NCBI GenBank assembly: GCA_028865335.1
Contig: JAGWKK010000002.1
Coordinates: 1 to 43,235 of the forward strand
Reading direction: 5' to 3'
Source: Patescibacteria group bacterium
GTDB taxonomy: Bacteria > Patescibacteriota > Minisyncoccia > UBA6257 > 02-FULL-45-10c
Length of the DNA stretch: 43,235 nt
Both the position numbers and the translations under genes were made by a program. The notes beneath the pieces were generated by a model. The model did no database searches, was not told where the DNA came from, and worked only from the letters and a program-made list of their open reading frames with translations. Below, piece after piece: positions 28,942 to 40,291 of this stretch (its first letter is position 1; each line of letters starts with the position of its first letter).

Positions 28942-29232
28942 ATGAACTTACAACCATTAAACGATCATATTTTTCTTGAGCCGGTCGAGGAAGTGAAAAC
29001 AACCAAGTCGGGCATCGTCCTGCCGGAAACCTCCGAAAAGGAGAAGCCGATGACGGGCATGGTCGTCGCCGTCGGTCCGGGCAAACTGGATGACGCCGGC
29101 AAACGCGTTCCGATGTCGGTGAAAGTCGGCGACAAGGTCCTGTTCAAAAAATACGGTCCTGACGAAATCGAAATGGACGGCAAGAAATATCTGGTCGGCG
29201 AAGAAAGCGACATATTGGCAATCATTCAGTAG
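28942..29232 (+). CDS. groES: co-chaperonin GroES
   Basis: LQPLND, TKSGIVLP, VKVGDKV. Confidence 0.97.
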   Translation: MNLQPLNDHIFLEPVEEVKTTKSGIVLPETSEKEKPMTGMVVAVGPGKLDDAGKRVPMSVKVGDKVLFKKYGPDEIEMDGKKYLVGEESDILAIIQ

Positions 29233-29318
29233 CGTTCGAGCTTTTTCAAGTTCAAATTGTTCTAGCTGAACAAGCGGTGCGATTGAACAACTACAACATT
29301 TATCATTAGAACATTTTA
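29233..29318. repeat. degenerate inverted GTTCTAG/TAGAAC repeat array without a gene
   Basis: GTTCGAG, GTTCAAA, GTTCTAG then TGAACAA, CTACAACA, CATTAGAACA. Confidence 0.6.
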
Positions 29319-29322
29319 TCTT

Positions 29323-30969
<1,647 letters not shown>

Positions 30970-31046
30970 TTCACGCATCCCCGAAGCCGCGTTCTTGCGC
31001 CAATTTTCTGCGCGAAGTAGAATGTGTAATATACCTGCGCGCTTCT

Positions 31047-32525
31047 ATGCCCCGTCAAAACCCCGAATTTCTCCACAAGAAATACAGCGACCTCTCCGGA
31101 TCCAAACCGGTGGAAAAAGCCGTTCAAAAAGCCCGTCGTGAAGGAGAACCCATTCCCGACAAGAAGCTCGCCCGCATCCAGACCTATCTGGACCGCATGG
31201 AAAAGATCGTGGACAGCGAACGGGGCGGGGAACTGCTCAAACACAAACTGCGGAAAGAATTTGCATGGGATACTTCCGACCCCGACGCGATGGAGCGGGT
31301 TTCCCGCGCCCTGTACGCCTCCGAGCGGAAAATCATGCGCGAACGGGGTCAATCGGAAGAACTGCGGGAGCTGGAACGGAGAGTCTCCGAGCAGGAGCGG
31401 CTTGATTTCCTGAAGCCAGAGATTGAAGAAAAGAGCAGGGTGCAACTCAGAACCCTTGATATCTGGCTTGAGTATCTCCGCGAGAACGATGCGGAGTATG
31501 AAATGTGGTTCCGCTATTATGTCGCCCGCAATCTCCAAAAGATGGGCGCGTTCAATAAAGAAAAAGGGGAATATGCCAAGCGGACGAAAGAAACCCTCGC
31601 TCCTTTCCCCGAACTGAATGCCGAAGCGCTGGGAGATGTGAAGCGCTGGCTCACCAGCGGCATCGGCGACCAGGAATTCACCGGACCCGAAGGCCTGAAG
31701 AAAAAAGAAAAGCTCCAAAAACTCATCGCAAACGCCGACTTCGGAGGACTCTATGCGCTCGCGCAAATAGAGTCCGCGGGCAAGCTGAACCGCGAGTCCA
31801 TTGAGGGCCAATGGATCAAATATGACCAGGGATCCGATCCCCATATTCTTGAGAATGCCCTCAAAGGCAAGGGGACGGAGTGGTGCACCGCTTCAGGCGC
31901 CGCGCCCGCCCATCTCAAAGGAGGCGACTTCTATGTCTATTTCACCAAAGGACTCAAGGGGACATATACTGAACCCCGCATTGCCATCCGCATGGAGAAT
32001 GACCACGTTGCGGAAGTCCGCGGCGTCCGTCCCGGCACAACCCAGGAGCTGGAACCCGAACTGATTGATATCGCCCGTGAAAAATACCACCCTCTTCCCG
32101 GCGGAGACAACTATGACCGGAAAGCGGATGATATGAAGCGATTGACTGAGATTGAGCGAAAAAATCAAAAAGGGGAACCGCCCTCCAAAGAAGATCTCCG
32201 ATTCCTCTATGAGATTGACGGAAAGATACAAGGCTTCGGATATGGACATGACCCGAGAATCGAAGAACTCAAAAAGGGGCGAAATATCAAAAAAGACCTT
32301 TCTTTTGCGCTTGATATTCCCGAGGGGAAGATAAGCACCACGCAAGAAGAAGCCCTGAAAGGAGGCATACTCTATCACTATGGTTCCCTTAACCTTTCCA
32401 AACTCACCTCCGCCGAAGGCCTCACGCTTCCGCAGTCTGTTGGCGGCCATCTTAACCTTTCCGGCCTCACCTCCGCCGAAAAAAATACGTTAAAGAAAAA
32501 ATACCCTCATTTCAGCATCATTTAA
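31047..32525 (+). CDS. hypothetical protein with C-terminal LRR-like repeats
   Basis: 492 aa; EWCTA core; two LNLS.LTSAE repeats. Confidence 0.75.
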   Translation: MPRQNPEFLHKKYSDLSGSKPVEKAVQKARREGEPIPDKKLARIQTYLDRMEKIVDSERGGELLKHKLRKEFAWDTSDPDAMERVSRALYASERKIMRERGQSEELRELERRVSEQERLDFLKPEIEEKSRVQLRTLDIWLEYLRENDAEYEMWFRYYVARNLQKMGAFNKEKGEYAKRTKETLAPFPELNAEALGDVKRWLTSGIGDQEFTGPEGLKKKEKLQKLIANADFGGLYALAQIESAGKLNRESIEGQWIKYDQGSDPHILENALKGKGTEWCTASGAAPAHLKGGDFYVYFTKGLKGTYTEPRIAIRMENDHVAEVRGVRPGTTQELEPELIDIAREKYHPLPGGDNYDRKADDMKRLTEIERKNQKGEPPSKEDLRFLYEIDGKIQGFGYGHDPRIEELKKGRNIKKDLSFALDIPEGKISTTQEEALKGGILYHYGSLNLSKLTSAEGLTLPQSVGGHLNLSGLTSAEKNTLKKKYPHFSII

Positions 32526-32720
32526 ATTAAGGGAATTAGTTCTTGACACAGTGGAAGAGATCTCCACGGGTTATTTGCGGAAAAAGACAAGGCCGCTCTC
32601 AAAGAGTTATACAATGGTGAAAATAAGAAGGTCTTAAAAATCCGCTTGCCTAGCGCGGATTTTTTATTTTAAAATGGATGAAGTTCAAAAAATGGGGGTC
32701 ATACGACTGAAAACGAAAGA

Positions 32721-33062
32721 ATGCTCGTCGTCTTTACCCCGTTCTTAACGCTTGCTTTCGCCGGAGTCTATTTCAGTAATAAAGAGGATGAGAAAAAGCG
32801 CAATCAATGGCGGGTGATCGCTAAAGGAATCTATGACTACGCCGTATATGGCGAATACGATTATACCGTGAAGCATCGGAGCGGCGCGATGGTCCATCAC
32901 ACCAGCACAACTGTGCACGTGATGAAGGTGGCCGCGGTATATTTCTGCGATGGGCGAACCTGCGTCATGGAAGGCCGGCGCGACATGCCATTTCCGCAGG
33001 GAACCGTCGTCCACATTCTGGAAAACGGCCTCAACGAACTGAGAATTGAAGGAGCGGAATAA
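32721..33062 (+). CDS. hypothetical protein with N-terminal TM/signal
   Basis: ORF followed by terminator 33066-33093. Confidence 0.6.
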   Translation: MLVVFTPFLTLAFAGVYFSNKEDEKKRNQWRVIAKGIYDYAVYGEYDYTVKHRSGAMVHHTSTTVHVMKVAAVYFCDGRTCVMEGRRDMPFPQGTVVHILENGLNELRIEGAE

Positions 33063-33111
33063 TTTATTCCCGACTTGCGAGTCGGGAATTTTTATTCTAA
33101 TTTTATAAGTA

Positions 33112-33654
33112 ATGTCCGCCAATCAAAATAAAGTTTCTAAGCGCCTGACGAAAGAAGAGTACGGCCTCTGGCTTGCGTTCTCGGCTTCCTGCCGGGCTAC
33201 CTGCCCGCGCGCGCGCGTCGGCTGCGTCCTGATCGACAAGAACGGCAACGTGGTCGCGACCGGATATAATGGATCTCTCCCGGGTGATCCGCACTGCGAT
33301 GAAGTCGGCTGTAAGATCGAAAACGGCCACTGTGTTCGCGTCAAGAATCACGCGGAGAAGAACGCGCTGAACCGCGCAAAGAGCAACGGCACCTATGACC
33401 ATCTCAAAGGCGGATCCGCATATGTCACCATCCGGCCCTGCAACAGCAGCGGGTGCTTTGACGGACTCGCCGATGCCGGCATCAAAAAAATCGTCTACCT
33501 GAAGGAATACAACGCCGATACCGTCGCCGATCATCAGAACAAGGTCTGTCTGGACATGGACATCGCCATGAAGCGATTCGATTCCGATGTGCAAAATCTG
33601 ATGGAAAAAGTAGTTGAATTTCACCAAGGCCCGGGCGGGATTCTTAGTAAGTAA
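33112..33654 (+). CDS. dCMP deaminase (ComEB-like)
   Basis: TGYNG, HAEKNA, PC....C zinc motifs. Confidence 0.9.
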   Translation: MSANQNKVSKRLTKEEYGLWLAFSASCRATCPRARVGCVLIDKNGNVVATGYNGSLPGDPHCDEVGCKIENGHCVRVKNHAEKNALNRAKSNGTYDHLKGGSAYVTIRPCNSSGCFDGLADAGIKKIVYLKEYNADTVADHQNKVCLDMDIAMKRFDSDVQNLMEKVVEFHQGPGGILSK

Positions 33655-33799
33655 TTTACGAAGTCCGACCTCGTAAAAATACCTCCACCGCTGACCTTAT
33701 AGACTTTCGTCTCTATGACCTTTGACCATCTCCATCTTATCCACACGTGGGGATAAATCATCCTTGTTCTTTGCGTACGCGGAATCTATAGTAAAGAAC

Positions 33800-35479
33800 A
33801 TGGATAAAAAAACACTGGGGTACAAGCCGGATTTTTCCGGAGAGAGTTGGACTGCGGAGGAATTGGCGATCATTGAACCGTTCGCATCCGATCCGAAAGG
33901 ACTGGTATCGGTGCTGACAAATCTGCCGCCGGAAATCACCGGTGCGCTCTGTTCGCGTGCCAGCCGCGCATCGGGCTCGCTTTTGAAGGTACTCCTGAAG
34001 GAATATCTGGATCCGATTCTGGAAGGAGAGGACCGGAAACTCGCCGGCGAACTCCGCGACACGATCGCGTTTCTGAAAAACGGAGGATTCAAGAACATCC
34101 TGAACAACCAGCGCGCACAGGCGTTCTATGCAAAGTGGCTCTCGCAGTACGGCGATGACTCCATCGCGCAGATGACCGGCACCCACATCGTGTTCTGGGG
34201 TATTTCGCAGGTGGCGATGAAATTCCTGGAAGACCGCCGCATCGGCCTGGAACCGATCGAGAAATCCACGCGCTACGTCAACTTCGGCAACAAGATCGGC
34301 GGCCGCTATCTGTATTACATCCCGAAACCCGATCTGGAAAAGCACGGCTTACTGAAGGAATACACGGAGACGATGGATCATCTGTTCGATACCTATGTGA
34401 AACTGCTACCCCCGCTCGTGGAATGGCTCAAGGCGAATTTTGATGACAAGGAATCGGTGCTGGAAAAGAAAGCATTCGATACGCTCCGCGGCCTGTTGCC
34501 GATGGCGACGCTCGGCCAGGTGGCATTCCGCGGCAACGCCCAGGCGCTGGAATATGTGATCAGTCGGACACTCAAAAGTCCAATCGGCGAACTCCGCTGG
34601 ATCGCGAACGCCATGAAGACGGAACTGGATAAGGAAATCCCGTCCCTGCTGCTGCGTCTCAACGAAGAACGCTCGCAGGAATATCAGGACTACCTCGTCA
34701 GCCGCCCGGCGCGCGTGCGCGAAGCGCTGAACGAACTGGAGAGCAAGGTCGATATCTACCGCAACGAAAAACCGGAGGTCCGCCTGGTTGATTTCGATCC
34801 GCAGGCCGAAGACAAGATCCTGACCGCCATCCTGTTCCCGGAAAGCCATGCCTCATGGGAATCAGTCGCCCGGACCGTCGCGAAGCTTTCCAACGAGGAG
34901 AAGGACAACGTATTTGAGGCCTATCTCGGCGGACGCAAAGGACGCTGGTACAAGACCGGCCGGGCGCTGGAAAATTCTTTCCTGCGGTTTGAAGTCACGA
35001 TGAACATCGGCGCCTACCGCGACCTGCAGCGTCACCGCATGATGACGCAGGAACGCCAGCGCTTCTCGACGCATCACGGCTTCGATCTGCCGCCGGAAAT
35101 CAAAGAAGCGGGGATGGAAAAGGAATTTTCCGAAGCATTGGAACGCACGCACGATCTTTTCGTGAAACTGGAAGCGCTTGATCCGGATCTCGCGCAGTAT
35201 GTCGTTCCGCTCGCATACCGCATGCGCTTCTATCAATATCAGAATATCCGCCAGGCTTTCTGGGAAAGCGAACTCCGCACTATTTCGCAAGGCCATCCCG
35301 ACTACCGCTTCATCGAGCAGGAGAAATACAAACTCGTGAAGGAGCAGTTCCCGCGCATCGCGAAATACATGCTCGTCGATATGCAGAACTACGCCATCGC
35401 CCGCCGCAACACCGAAGAGCGCATCGCGGCGAAGGAAAGGGATCTCGTCGAGAAACTGAAGAAACGCAACCAATCCTAG
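33800..35479 (+). CDS. thyX: FAD-dependent thymidylate synthase, tandem-domain type
   Basis: YGDDSIAQ, EKSTRYV, RDLQRHR, ELRT..QGHPDYR. Confidence 0.88.
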   Translation: MDKKTLGYKPDFSGESWTAEELAIIEPFASDPKGLVSVLTNLPPEITGALCSRASRASGSLLKVLLKEYLDPILEGEDRKLAGELRDTIAFLKNGGFKNILNNQRAQAFYAKWLSQYGDDSIAQMTGTHIVFWGISQVAMKFLEDRRIGLEPIEKSTRYVNFGNKIGGRYLYYIPKPDLEKHGLLKEYTETMDHLFDTYVKLLPPLVEWLKANFDDKESVLEKKAFDTLRGLLPMATLGQVAFRGNAQALEYVISRTLKSPIGELRWIANAMKTELDKEIPSLLLRLNEERSQEYQDYLVSRPARVREALNELESKVDIYRNEKPEVRLVDFDPQAEDKILTAILFPESHASWESVARTVAKLSNEEKDNVFEAYLGGRKGRWYKTGRALENSFLRFEVTMNIGAYRDLQRHRMMTQERQRFSTHHGFDLPPEIKEAGMEKEFSEALERTHDLFVKLEALDPDLAQYVVPLAYRMRFYQYQNIRQAFWESELRTISQGHPDYRFIEQEKYKLVKEQFPRIAKYMLVDMQNYAIARRNTEERIAAKERDLVEKLKKRNQS

Positions 35480-35480
35480 T

Positions 35481-36653
35481 ATGAAAGACGCCCAGATCAA
35501 AAAATTCATCGCCGAGGAAAAAGCGCGGCAGAAGAAAGTCATCAACCTGATCGCTTCGGAGAATTTCGTTTCTCCGGATGTGCTGGAAGCGCTCGGTTCC
35601 GAACTGACGAACAAATACGCGGAAGGATATCCGGGCAAGCGGTATTACGGCGGAAACACGGTCACGGACAAAGTGGAAACCCTGTGCCGCGAACGCGCGC
35701 TCAAACTCTTCGGCCTGTCGCCTGAGAAGTGGCATGTGAACGTCCAGCCGCTGTCCGGCTCTCCGGCAAACGTCGCAGTCTACACCGCGCTCGTTCCGCA
35801 GGGCGGGAAAATCATGGGCATGTCGCTCGATCAGGGCGGTCACCTGACGCACGGCCACAAAGTTTCCGCAACCGGCAGATTCTGGCAGCAAGTTCCGTAT
35901 GGCGTGGACCGCAAGACCGAAACACTCAATTACGCGACGCTCAAAGCGCTCGCCGCAAAAGAGAAGCCGAATATCATCGTCGCCGGCTTTACCGCCTATC
36001 CGCGCGTCATCGACTTCAAGAAATTCCGCGACATCGCCGATGCGGCGGGAGCGTACCTGATGGTGGACATGTCCCACATCGCCGGACTCGTCGCCGGCAA
36101 AGCGTATCCGTCGCCGTTTCCGTATGCCGACATCGTCACCAGCACCGTGCATAAAACGCTCCGCGGGCCGCGCAGCGCGATGATTTTCGTCCGCAAAGAC
36201 GAACGGGGATTGGATAAGCTGATTGACAAAGCCGTATTCCCGGGACTGCAGGGCGGCCCCCACATGAATCAGATTGCGGCCGTCGCCGTCGCGCTGAAAG
36301 AAGCGGCAACTCCGGCTTTCCGAAAATATGCCGCGCAAGTGGTAAAGAACGCGCACGCTTTCGCCGATGAACTCACCAAGCTCGGCTGGCGCATCATTTC
36401 AGGCGGTACCGACAGCCATCTGATCCTGATGGACACCTGGATGAACGGCAAAGGCATTCCCGGAAAGGAGGCGAGTGACCGGCTGGAAAAAGCGGGGATC
36501 ATCGTCAATAAGAATGCGATTCCGTTTGATACGCGCTCACCGTTCGATCCGTCAGGCATCCGAATCGGCACCGCAGCGGAAACAACCCACAGCTTCAAAG
36601 AAAAGGATTTCCGTAAACTCGCGCACCGCATGGACTCGGTCCTGCGAAAATAA
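35481..36653 (+). CDS. glyA: serine hydroxymethyltransferase
   Basis: NLIASEN, YAEGYPGKRYY, STVHKTLRGPR. Confidence 0.97.
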   Translation: MKDAQIKKFIAEEKARQKKVINLIASENFVSPDVLEALGSELTNKYAEGYPGKRYYGGNTVTDKVETLCRERALKLFGLSPEKWHVNVQPLSGSPANVAVYTALVPQGGKIMGMSLDQGGHLTHGHKVSATGRFWQQVPYGVDRKTETLNYATLKALAAKEKPNIIVAGFTAYPRVIDFKKFRDIADAAGAYLMVDMSHIAGLVAGKAYPSPFPYADIVTSTVHKTLRGPRSAMIFVRKDERGLDKLIDKAVFPGLQGGPHMNQIAAVAVALKEAATPAFRKYAAQVVKNAHAFADELTKLGWRIISGGTDSHLILMDTWMNGKGIPGKEASDRLEKAGIIVNKNAIPFDTRSPFDPSGIRIGTAAETTHSFKEKDFRKLAHRMDSVLRK

Positions 36654-36705
36654 CAGCCTTGGTGCTGCAACTTTTCAAACGCCGGGAGCGTAGTATACTA
36701 GTGAT

Positions 36706-37263
36706 ATGACTACTTTATATATCGTGCTGGGAGCATTGGCAGTGTTGGTTCTGTGGGTTATCGCCGCATATAACGGCTTGGTCCGGTTGCGCAATCGGGC
36801 TCAGGAAGCGCTTTCCGACATTGATGTACAATTGAAGCGCCGCTATGACCTGATCCCGAACCTCGTGGAATCGGTGAAAGGATATATGGCGCACGAGCGG
36901 GGAGTCCTGGAGAATGTGACCAAGGCGCGTACGGCCGCCATGCAGGCAGGCGGAGATCCGCTGCAGCGCGACAAGGCCGAATCGCAGCTTTCCAATACGT
37001 TGAAAACGCTGTTCGCGGTTTCTGAAAATTATCCGGACCTCAAAGCGAACGCGAACTTTCTGGACCTCCAGCGCGAACTCGCCGACACCGAAAACAAGAT
37101 CCAGGCGTCCCGCCGGTTCTACAACACGATGGTGATGGATCTGAACACGCGCATCCAGACATTCCCGACCAACTTCATCGCATCATCATTCGGCTTCGCC
37201 GCGCAAAAATTCTTCGAGACCACCAACGCGAACGAACGCGAAGCAGTCAAGGTGCAGTTCTAA
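36706..37263 (+). CDS. lemA: LemA family protein
   Basis: IDVQLKRRYDLIPNLV, ENYPDLKAN. Confidence 0.95.
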   Translation: MTTLYIVLGALAVLVLWVIAAYNGLVRLRNRAQEALSDIDVQLKRRYDLIPNLVESVKGYMAHERGVLENVTKARTAAMQAGGDPLQRDKAESQLSNTLKTLFAVSENYPDLKANANFLDLQRELADTENKIQASRRFYNTMVMDLNTRIQTFPTNFIASSFGFAAQKFFETTNANEREAVKVQF

Positions 37264-37325
37264 ATGTTCTAAATGTTCTAGATGCTCTAGATGTTCTAGC
37301 GTTCATGGTGTTCTAGTGTTAGAGT
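37258..37325 (+). repeat. 9-nt tandem repeat array (TTCTARATG)
   Basis: TTCTAAATG x2, TTCTAGATG, CTCTAGATG, then degenerate units; first unit contains the lemA stop codon. Confidence 0.85.
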
Positions 37326-37332
37326 AATATCC

Positions 37333-37713
37333 ATGAATCAGTACGCTGATTATAGCTTCCGAAAGCTCGAGGTTTGGAAAATGGGGATGACTCTTGTGAA
37401 TCGGATTTATGATCTAACGAGAAAGTTCCCCTCTGATGAGAAATTCTCCTTAACCTCACAAATTCGCAGGGCGGCAATCTCGATTCCATTAAATATCGCA
37501 GAGGGAAGCAACCGGAGAACAAAAAAGGATTTTGCATCCTTCGTGCGGATTGCAATCGGATCGCTTATGGAAGTTATGACTTGTCTGGAAATAGGTCTTA
37601 ACCAACACTATCTCGATAACCAAACCTACCAAACATTTGAACAATCGATCGGGGTGCTTTATTTCAAATTGATCGCCCTTGATAAATACCTGACCAAGAA
37701 AACAAACGATTAG
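37333..37713 (+). CDS. four helix bundle protein (23S rRNA IVP / TIGR02436-like)
   Basis: FRKLEVW, FP.DEKFSLTSQIRRAAISIPLNIAEG, IAIGSL.E; AT-rich gene. Confidence 0.92.
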   Translation: MNQYADYSFRKLEVWKMGMTLVNRIYDLTRKFPSDEKFSLTSQIRRAAISIPLNIAEGSNRRTKKDFASFVRIAIGSLMEVMTCLEIGLNQHYLDNQTYQTFEQSIGVLYFKLIALDKYLTKKTND

Positions 37714-37770
37714 AAACCCTCAGACGCTTTCAATCATTAGAACAGCTACAACAACTAGAACATTAGAACG
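37709..37770 (-). repeat. inverted counterpart of the upstream array (TAGAAC units)
   Basis: CATTAGAAC, AGCTACAAC, AACTAGAAC, ATTAGAAC. Confidence 0.75.
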
Positions 37771-37777
37771 TATCCAT

Positions 37778-38677
37778 ATGCCTAATTTGTATACCAACAA
37801 GGAATCCAATATCCATAAGACGTGGCTGCTGTTCGCGGTCTTTCTCATGGCGGTCATCGGCATCGGCTGGGTCTTCACGCAGATCTACGGCAATCCTTCC
37901 ATTCTCATTTTCGCCGTCATCTTCAGCATCGGCATGAGCATCACCAGCTATTGGTTCTCGGATCAGATCGTCCTCCGCATGGCGAACGCCGAACCGGTCA
38001 GCCGGGAGAATGCCCGCGAGCTCTATAACGTCGTGGAAAACCTTGCGATCACCGCCGGACTTCCGACGCCGAAAATCTACATCATCAATGAAGCCGCACC
38101 GAATGCGTTTGCCACCGGGCGCGACCCGCAGCATGCGGTTGTCGCGGTGACTACCGGCCTTCTGGAGCGTTTGGACCGCTCCGAGCTGGAAGGCGTCATC
38201 GCGCACGAACTTTCGCACGTCGGCAATCGCGATATGCTTGTGTCCACCGTGGCCGTGGTGCTGATCGGCTTTCTATCCATCGCCTCCAACTTTTTCATGC
38301 GTTCGCTGTGGTGGGGCGGGGGACGGCGCGACGACCGGAACGGCGACAACGGAATTCTGCTTCTCATCGGCATCGCCTTCGCCATCCTCGCGCCGATTGT
38401 CGGAACCCTCATGCAGCTCGCCATTTCCCGCAAACGGGAATTTCTTGCCGACTCATCCGGCGCCTTGCTGACTCGCTATCCGGATGCACTCATCAGCGCA
38501 TTGGAAAAAATCTCGTCCGACCCGACGCCGCTTCCTGTCGCCAACAACACCACCGCGCACCTGTGGTTCGAAGACCCGTTCAAGGACGGTCCGCGCACCT
38601 CGTGGCTGCACAAGCTGTTCATGACGCATCCGCCGGTAGAAGAAAGAATTGCGGCACTGAAGGGGTTGAAGGTTTGA
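37778..38677 (+). CDS. htpX: M48 family zinc metalloprotease HtpX
   Basis: PNAFATG, HELSH, SRKREFLAD, THPP. Confidence 0.94.
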   Translation: MPNLYTNKESNIHKTWLLFAVFLMAVIGIGWVFTQIYGNPSILIFAVIFSIGMSITSYWFSDQIVLRMANAEPVSRENARELYNVVENLAITAGLPTPKIYIINEAAPNAFATGRDPQHAVVAVTTGLLERLDRSELEGVIAHELSHVGNRDMLVSTVAVVLIGFLSIASNFFMRSLWWGGGRRDDRNGDNGILLLIGIAFAILAPIVGTLMQLAISRKREFLADSSGALLTRYPDALISALEKISSDPTPLPVANNTTAHLWFEDPFKDGPRTSWLHKLFMTHPPVEERIAALKGLKV

Positions 38678-38729
38678 CGAATCAAAGATAATATAGTATA
38701 CTACTCTTAGTACTAAGGAGGTGATTGTC

Positions 38730-39116
38730 ATGGCGCAAAACTCAACGAAGGCCCTTCTTAATGCGTTCGTGACGGCGACGTTCGGGCGCGGGAAAGGAGG
38801 AAACGCCTACATCCAGGTGCATATCCCGGGGGTTGGGGAGCGGTTTCTGTACAGCCCCGCTTCAACGATGCTGGAGTGCGCCAAGAGCCTCAGCAACGCG
38901 GAGCTCAGGATAGCGCTCATGCATTGTCGGGATCAGTTCAAGAAGTTCCAGACCAAGGGTCACGAAGACGACCTTCCGCCGATCTACTGCGACCTCATGA
39001 ACCAACTCGAGGAGATCGCAAAGATCAGGAACCTCGGCTGGGTCCCGACGATGGAAGAGCACAAGCGGCTCGCCAATCTCACGTGGGATCTCCCGGCGCC
39101 GAAACCGAAGCCATAG
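38730..39116 (+). CDS. hypothetical protein
   Basis: Promoter TTGACG-17-TATACT (38674-38702); AAGGAGGTG SD; terminator 39136-39167. Confidence 0.75.
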   Translation: MAQNSTKALLNAFVTATFGRGKGGNAYIQVHIPGVGERFLYSPASTMLECAKSLSNAELRIALMHCRDQFKKFQTKGHEDDLPPIYCDLMNQLEEIAKIRNLGWVPTMEEHKRLANLTWDLPAPKPKP

Positions 39117-39201
39117 CGCGGCGTCAGCCGCACAGGCCCGACTCGAAAGAGTCGGGCTTTTCTTTTTCATCTCAGTTGCGGGAACGATAAAAACGATATA
39201 A

Positions 39202-39326
39202 ACTAAGTCCTAAGCGTTCTAAGTGTTCCACTTGTTATACTTGTTCTAACGATAAACAAGTGAGCGAATGCGAGCGATAGAGCACTAGAACGAGCGCAGC
39301 GATAGAACAATTTGAACAGTGAGCAC
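39202..39326. repeat. degenerate inverted GTTCTA/TAGAAC repeat array without a gene
   Basis: GTTCTAAG, GTTCCAC, GTTATAC, GTTCTAAC then TAGAGCA, CTAGAAC, TAGAACA, TGAACA. Confidence 0.6.
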
Positions 39327-39330
39327 CAAA

Positions 39331-39417
39331 GGAGGGGTCGCATAGTGGCCTAGTGCACCATCTTGGAAAGGTGGCATGCCCGAAAGGGCATCGAGAGTTC
39401 GAATCTCTCCCCCTCCG
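39331..39417 (+). tRNA. tRNA-Ser (anticodon GGA)
   Basis: Acceptor GGAGGGG/CCCCTCC, anticodon arm CCATC-TTGGAAA-GGTGG, long variable arm ATGCCC-GAAA-GGGCAT, T-loop TTCGAAT. Confidence 0.95.
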
Positions 39418-39706
39418 CAAAATTTGCAACGGCTTTATGCCGTACCAAATTTTTCTGGTAGGGGAGGATTCGAACCAGCCGCGAGTGAAACTTAAGTCTC
39501 TCCCCCTCCGCCTTCGCCTCGCCATAGCTCGGCTTCGGCGTGACGCAGTCCGCCAAAGACCAGGGAGTTTTATCAAGTGACCGAGATTCAGGTTACTTAG
39601 GGTTATAACGGAAATCTTTGGCTTTTTTAGATGCCGGCTTTACACTCATCCCCAATCAGAGTACTATGACTTATAGATTAGTTCTTTGAAGCGAGGATTG
39701 AGTCCC

Positions 39707-40162
39707 ATGAAAAGAACTGAGCCATACGAATACCGGATGCAAGGGAGGCATTTGCCTTGGGAGACGGAAACTCTTTTGCAGTTGCTATTGATGGACTTGG
39801 TTGAATGCTGTGACGCGGAAACGACTGTGTGCAGAGAGCATTGGTCGGCCGATGATGCCACACACGGACAAGGCGCCGTTTTTGCATTAATAGTCCAGGA
39901 TTATTTCGGCGGCGATTTGATGAAAACAGAACTTACCGCTTTGCCGAAATACGCGCATTTGCGGAGCCACTATTTTAATCGGATCACGCATGACACAGAA
40001 GTAGATCTGGCGAGCGACCAATTTGATGAGGGAAGGGACAGGGAATTGGTGCCATGTGGGAAAGTGGCGACTCGAGAAGGCGTTTTATCGGACCCGGATA
40101 CGCGGCGAAAGTATGAAATGCTAAAGAGAAAATTGTGCCAGAAATTTAACGTGTGGGATTAA
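39707..40162 (+). CDS. YunG-like protein
   Basis: W....HGQGAV.AL.VQDYFGGD, HYFN, DLASDQF pattern; start uncertain. Confidence 0.6.
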   Translation: MKRTEPYEYRMQGRHLPWETETLLQLLLMDLVECCDAETTVCREHWSADDATHGQGAVFALIVQDYFGGDLMKTELTALPKYAHLRSHYFNRITHDTEVDLASDQFDEGRDRELVPCGKVATREGVLSDPDTRRKYEMLKRKLCQKFNVWD

Positions 40163-40291
40163 CCTATTATAAGCAAGGGGCGAACGATCGCCCTTTTTTA
40201 ATACACCGCACTCCGTTGTCCAGCAGAAGAAAACGCACATGGTATACTTTAGGTATAAAAGCCCTTTCTATTAATTAGATATATTTCATTT

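Noticed and set aside
37333..37713. Diversity-generating retroelement (Avd)
   Set aside because: No reverse transcriptase and no TR/VR pair with adenine-specific mismatches in the window.
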